A stretch of DNA of 64,000 nucleotides from an uncultured Acidimicrobiia bacterium (GTDB taxonomy: Bacteria > Acidobacteriota > Terriglobia > Versatilivoradales > Versatilivoraceae). Location: contig CAWBAT010000002.1 of NCBI GenBank assembly GCA_963786955.1, positions 32,001 to 96,000 on the forward strand, given 5' to 3'. A program made the translations under genes and the position numbers. The first letter of the stretch is position 1; every line of letters starts with the position of its first letter. This document shows, one piece after another, positions 59,399-64,000 of this stretch. The notes under the pieces were generated by a model. The model searched no databases, had not been told where the DNA came from, and was given only the letters and a program-made list of their open reading frames with translations.

Positions 59399-61750
59399 AT
59401 GAAGATTCTCTATCGTTACATTTTCACTGAAATGGTTGCGCCGTTTGTCCTCGGCCTGGTGGCTTTCAGTTTTGTCATCATTCCCCGGCTGCCCGGTAAA
59501 CCGTTAGAGCTGCTCGTACAGAAGAACGTCTCTGCCAAAGAAGTCCTGTTGGTATTTGCCTACGTCCTGCCGACCATTTTTACCTTCTCAATCCCGATGG
59601 CGACCCTTTTGGGCGTTCTGATTTGCTTCGGGAGATTGTCGGCCGACAGTGAGATCACGGCCATGCGGTCTTGTGGTGTGAGTATTGGTAATTTGCTCAA
59701 TCCGGTTTTCGCCTTTGCTCTGATCATCTGGGCTCTGGCGTCATTCAATGCCATCAAGCTTCAGCCTTATGCAAATTATCAATTGCATATTCTTAGGAAT
59801 GAAATTGCATTGAAATCGATTTCGAGCGCAGTCAAAACGGGCGTGTTCGAAGAAGGATTCAGCAACCTGGTACTTTATATCCATGATGCAACGCCAGATA
59901 AGAGTATCTGGAAAGGAGTATTCCTGGCGGACATCTCCCAGAAAGACCAGCCGAAGATTACCCTTGCCAAGACGGGAGCCCTTTACAACGATGTTGAAGC
60001 GAAGAAGCTTCAGCTCCATTTAACCGGCGGCGCGACGCACACGGTTACCGACAAAGCTTTGGGAACCTACCAAGTGGCGACTTTCGCCCAAACGGATATT
60101 CCCATTGCCGCCCTAACGATGCCGGTGGAAGACACGTCCAACAGGAAGATTAACGAACTCAGCTTCAGCGCACTATGGCAACGCCTTACCGACCCGGCAA
60201 CAAAAGTCGCCGAATCTCGAAAAGATTTCCGGGAAGTCATTGTTGAATTCAATAGGAAGCTGGCGCTGCCATTCTGTGTAGTTATTTTTGCGGTTCTTGG
60301 TGTGCCCTTGGGCATCGTGAGCCGTCGCGGGGGCAAATCCAACGGGTTCGTCATCAGTCTCATCATTTTTCTCGTCTACTTTCTGCTTTATTCCGTCGGG
60401 GAGAGTTTTGCCAAGAGTGGCCGGGTGGCCCCTTATGTGGGGCCGTGGATTGCCGACATGACGTTTTTGATTCTGGCGATTTACCTCGTGATGACGACGG
60501 AGCGTGACAACCGCTGGACTCGAATGTTGAGTTATTTCGGAACGGCGGTTTCTTCTCTTTCGCTGAGATTTCAATTCACCGATGAAGCGGACGCGAAGCC
60601 GACCAAGGTGCTTTCTAACCTTAAGTCTCGAAAGGGCCGGATGAATTGGCTGCACCCGATGATTCTCGACAAATATATTATCAAAGGGTTTCTGAAATAT
60701 TTCTTACTGGTTTTGGGCGCTTTCGTGGTGATCTTTGTTGTATTCACGTTTTTTGAATTGCTCAACGACATCGTCGAGAACCAGGTCCCATTTATCATCG
60801 TCGTGAATTACTTCCGCTACCTATTACCTCAAATCATCTATTTCATGTTTCCCATGAGTGTCCTGGTCGCTGTGCTGGTCAACTTTAATATACTGACCCG
60901 GACATCTCAAATTGTCGCGATGAAAGCTTCCGGTATCAGCCTCTACCGATTATCTTTCTCGGTCATGTCGGTCACAATTCTGATGAGCATCTTTGCGTTC
61001 TGGATGCAGGAATACATATTGCCTTCCGCAAACCAAAAGCAAGATGCTCTCAGAGACCGTATCAAAGGGCGCAATCCGCAGACCTATCTTCGACCGGACC
61101 GAAAATGGCTGATGGGCGAACACAACAAGATCTTTAATTACAACTTTTTTGACGAATACCAGAATTTATTCGGGGATATTTCAATTTTTGAGTTCGATCC
61201 GGGCAGTTTGGAAATTACGCGCCGAATCTATGCAAGCCGGGCCAGTTGGGATGAAATGAAAAGCACTTGGATCTTTGAAGATGGATGGGTTCAAGGATTT
61301 TCGGAGCAACGCGCCTCCCCGCCTTTGTTCGCAAGTTTTAAGCGAAGCCAGTTCCCCGAGATTGCCGAAGATCCGCGATTCTTCAAGAAAGAAGTGAAAC
61401 AGTCTTCTCAAATGAGTTACCAGGAACTTCGCGACTACATTCAGGATCTAAAGAAGAGCGGATTCGACGTCATCCGCCTGACGGTCGCCCTTCACAAAAA
61501 AATCTCATTTCCCCTGATCTGCCTGATCATGGGGATGATCGCCATCCCCTTTTCCTTCTCAACCGGAAAGCGGGGGTCCCTCTACGGGATTGGGGTCAGT
61601 ATTTTGATCGGGATTGTCTTCTGGTTGACTCTGGAGTTTTTTGAACAAGTGGGCAACGCTGGTAAACTGGTTCCGTTTCTTGCGGCTTGGGCACCGGATT
61701 TAATTTTCGGAGCGGGCGGGATATACGCCCTGTTTACAATCAGGACATAA
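59399..61750 (+). CDS. Fused LptF-LptG LPS export ABC transporter permease
   Basis: Two tandem YjgP/YjgQ units: ILYRYI...GRLSADSEITAMRSCGVS and ILDKYI...SQIVAMKASGIS...AAWAPDLIF. Confidence 0.92.
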   Translation: MKILYRYIFTEMVAPFVLGLVAFSFVIIPRLPGKPLELLVQKNVSAKEVLLVFAYVLPTIFTFSIPMATLLGVLICFGRLSADSEITAMRSCGVSIGNLLNPVFAFALIIWALASFNAIKLQPYANYQLHILRNEIALKSISSAVKTGVFEEGFSNLVLYIHDATPDKSIWKGVFLADISQKDQPKITLAKTGALYNDVEAKKLQLHLTGGATHTVTDKALGTYQVATFAQTDIPIAALTMPVEDTSNRKINELSFSALWQRLTDPATKVAESRKDFREVIVEFNRKLALPFCVVIFAVLGVPLGIVSRRGGKSNGFVISLIIFLVYFLLYSVGESFAKSGRVAPYVGPWIADMTFLILAIYLVMTTERDNRWTRMLSYFGTAVSSLSLRFQFTDEADAKPTKVLSNLKSRKGRMNWLHPMILDKYIIKGFLKYFLLVLGAFVVIFVVFTFFELLNDIVENQVPFIIVVNYFRYLLPQIIYFMFPMSVLVAVLVNFNILTRTSQIVAMKASGISLYRLSFSVMSVTILMSIFAFWMQEYILPSANQKQDALRDRIKGRNPQTYLRPDRKWLMGEHNKIFNYNFFDEYQNLFGDISIFEFDPGSLEITRRIYASRASWDEMKSTWIFEDGWVQGFSEQRASPPLFASFKRSQFPEIAEDPRFFKKEVKQSSQMSYQELRDYIQDLKKSGFDVIRLTVALHKKISFPLICLIMGMIAIPFSFSTGKRGSLYGIGVSILIGIVFWLTLEFFEQVGNAGKLVPFLAAWAPDLIFGAGGIYALFTIRT

Positions 61751-61759
61751 TTTCGATTC

Positions 61760-63067
<1,308 letters not shown>

Positions 63068-63241
63068 TTAACGTCAGACCTTAACATGGAAAAGGTCTCC
63101 TGTAAAGAATGGTCACAAGCACTAGGTTTCCAGACCTTCCACTGACGGAAAAGCGATTTGTTGGACAGTCTTTTGCAAAATCACTATAGTGACGATGTTC
63201 CCCATCTGAGTTTCGTTTTCTTCTTCACGAAAGGAATCCCT

Positions 63242-64000
63242 ATGCGAAAATCGTTTGATCAACCCAAAGAGATGTCCTCTCCACGCCGACATTTCTTGAA
63301 AAGCTCCTTGCTCGGCGGGTTTGGACTGGCTGCTTCGACCCAATTGCCAGGGCTCTTCAATCCCACTTTGGTTTGGGGAACACCTGACGGCGCAAGATCA
63401 ACCCCATCTTCGGAAACGCTGGTAGCTACTTTCTATAAAAGTCTGACCGATCAGCAGAAGCAGGCTATTGCCTTTGAATTTAACCACCCGCTCCAATCAA
63501 AGGTTGATAACAACTGGCATATCACGCCTCAAAAGATCGGAGAATTCTACACAGCGGATCAGCGAGCCATGATCCGGGAAATATTCATCGGCATGCATAA
63601 TCCGGAGTATGTCGAAAAGGTTCTGGCGCATATGCAAGAAGATGGCGGTGGACTGGACAATTATTCCGTTGCGGTTTTTGGAGAGCCCGGTAGTGGGGCC
63701 TTTGAATTCGTATTGACGGGCCGGCATTGTACGATGCGTTGTGACGGCGATTCGGTGAAAGGGACTGCATTCGGCGGACCCATCTTCTATGGCCATGCTT
63801 CACAAGATTTCAATGAAAAGGCCGACCATCCCGGGAATGTATACTGGTATCAAGCCAAACGGGCCAACCAAGTCTTTCAGGCTTTAGATGGGAAACAACG
63901 GGCCGCGGCGCTTCTTGCCGATCCGCGGGAGGAAAAAGGAACCACCACGGTCGAATTAAATTTACAAAAAGGGACAATTCCCGGACTTCCGGTTTCAGAG
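63242..64000 (+). CDS. Tat-exported DUF3500-like protein (3'-truncated by the window end, absent from the ORF track)
   Basis: Open frame from the ATG at 63242 (AAGGA upstream): SPRRHFLKS leader, then FYKSLTDQQK, YSVAVFGEP, LTGRHCTMRCDG, FGGPIFYGH and ANQVFQALDGKQR. Confidence 0.75.
   Translation, partial: MRKSFDQPKEMSSPRRHFLKSSLLGGFGLAASTQLPGLFNPTLVWGTPDGARSTPSSETLVATFYKSLTDQQKQAIAFEFNHPLQSKVDNNWHITPQKIGEFYTADQRAMIREIFIGMHNPEYVEKVLAHMQEDGGGLDNYSVAVFGEPGSGAFEFVLTGRHCTMRCDGDSVKGTAFGGPIFYGHASQDFNEKADHPGNVYWYQAKRANQVFQALDGKQRAAALLADPREEKGTTTVELNLQKGTIPGLPVSE

Noticed and set aside
59399-61750. LptF-LptG fusion as a novelty
   Set aside because: Fused LptF/G permeases are already familiar from Acidobacteria. 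It is useful only as a taxonomic hint.

Overview
A 64 kb bacterial chromosomal window, most likely from an Acidobacteriota genome. This is inferred from an Acidobacterial-type VWA protein, a fused LptF-LptG, and a TPR-secretin-cohesin plus pseudopilin operon. Mostly core genes lie at 0.7-18.5 kb and 41.3-64 kb: M24 peptidase, tRNA-Ala(CGC), YyaL, thiG, a secretin/pseudopilin operon, two WcaJ-like priming glycosyltransferases, a GAF-PP2C phosphatase, a QueC-like enzyme, amt, pheA, groES-groEL with CIRCE, lptFG and ahcY. Between them is an accessory-looking block (about 18.8-41.3 kb) with three Tat-exported glycoside hydrolases, an RND efflux system, an AraC/methyltransferase pair, a catalase-related peroxidase and several decayed genes. 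Signals that the ORF track misses include a canonical-looking 28-bp dif (XerC/XerD) site at 59218-59245, a DnaA-box cluster at about 185-540, several REP/MITE-like repeat families, an integrase-core remnant, a DinB-like pseudogene and a 3'-truncated DUF3500-like gene. The best candidates for undescribed biology are: (i) a frameshift-split COG0523 metallochaperone next to a Tat-exported GH116-like enzyme with a Cys/His cluster; (ii) a histidine kinase with an N-terminal degenerate KaiC/RAD55-like domain; (iii) a membrane-anchored surface protein coupled to an O-antigen-ligase-like transferase; and (iv) a Cys/His-motif membrane protein plus a mini RsbW-like protein, apparently driven by a promoter embedded in the groEL terminator. 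All family assignments come from motif recognition by eye. No database searches were run.
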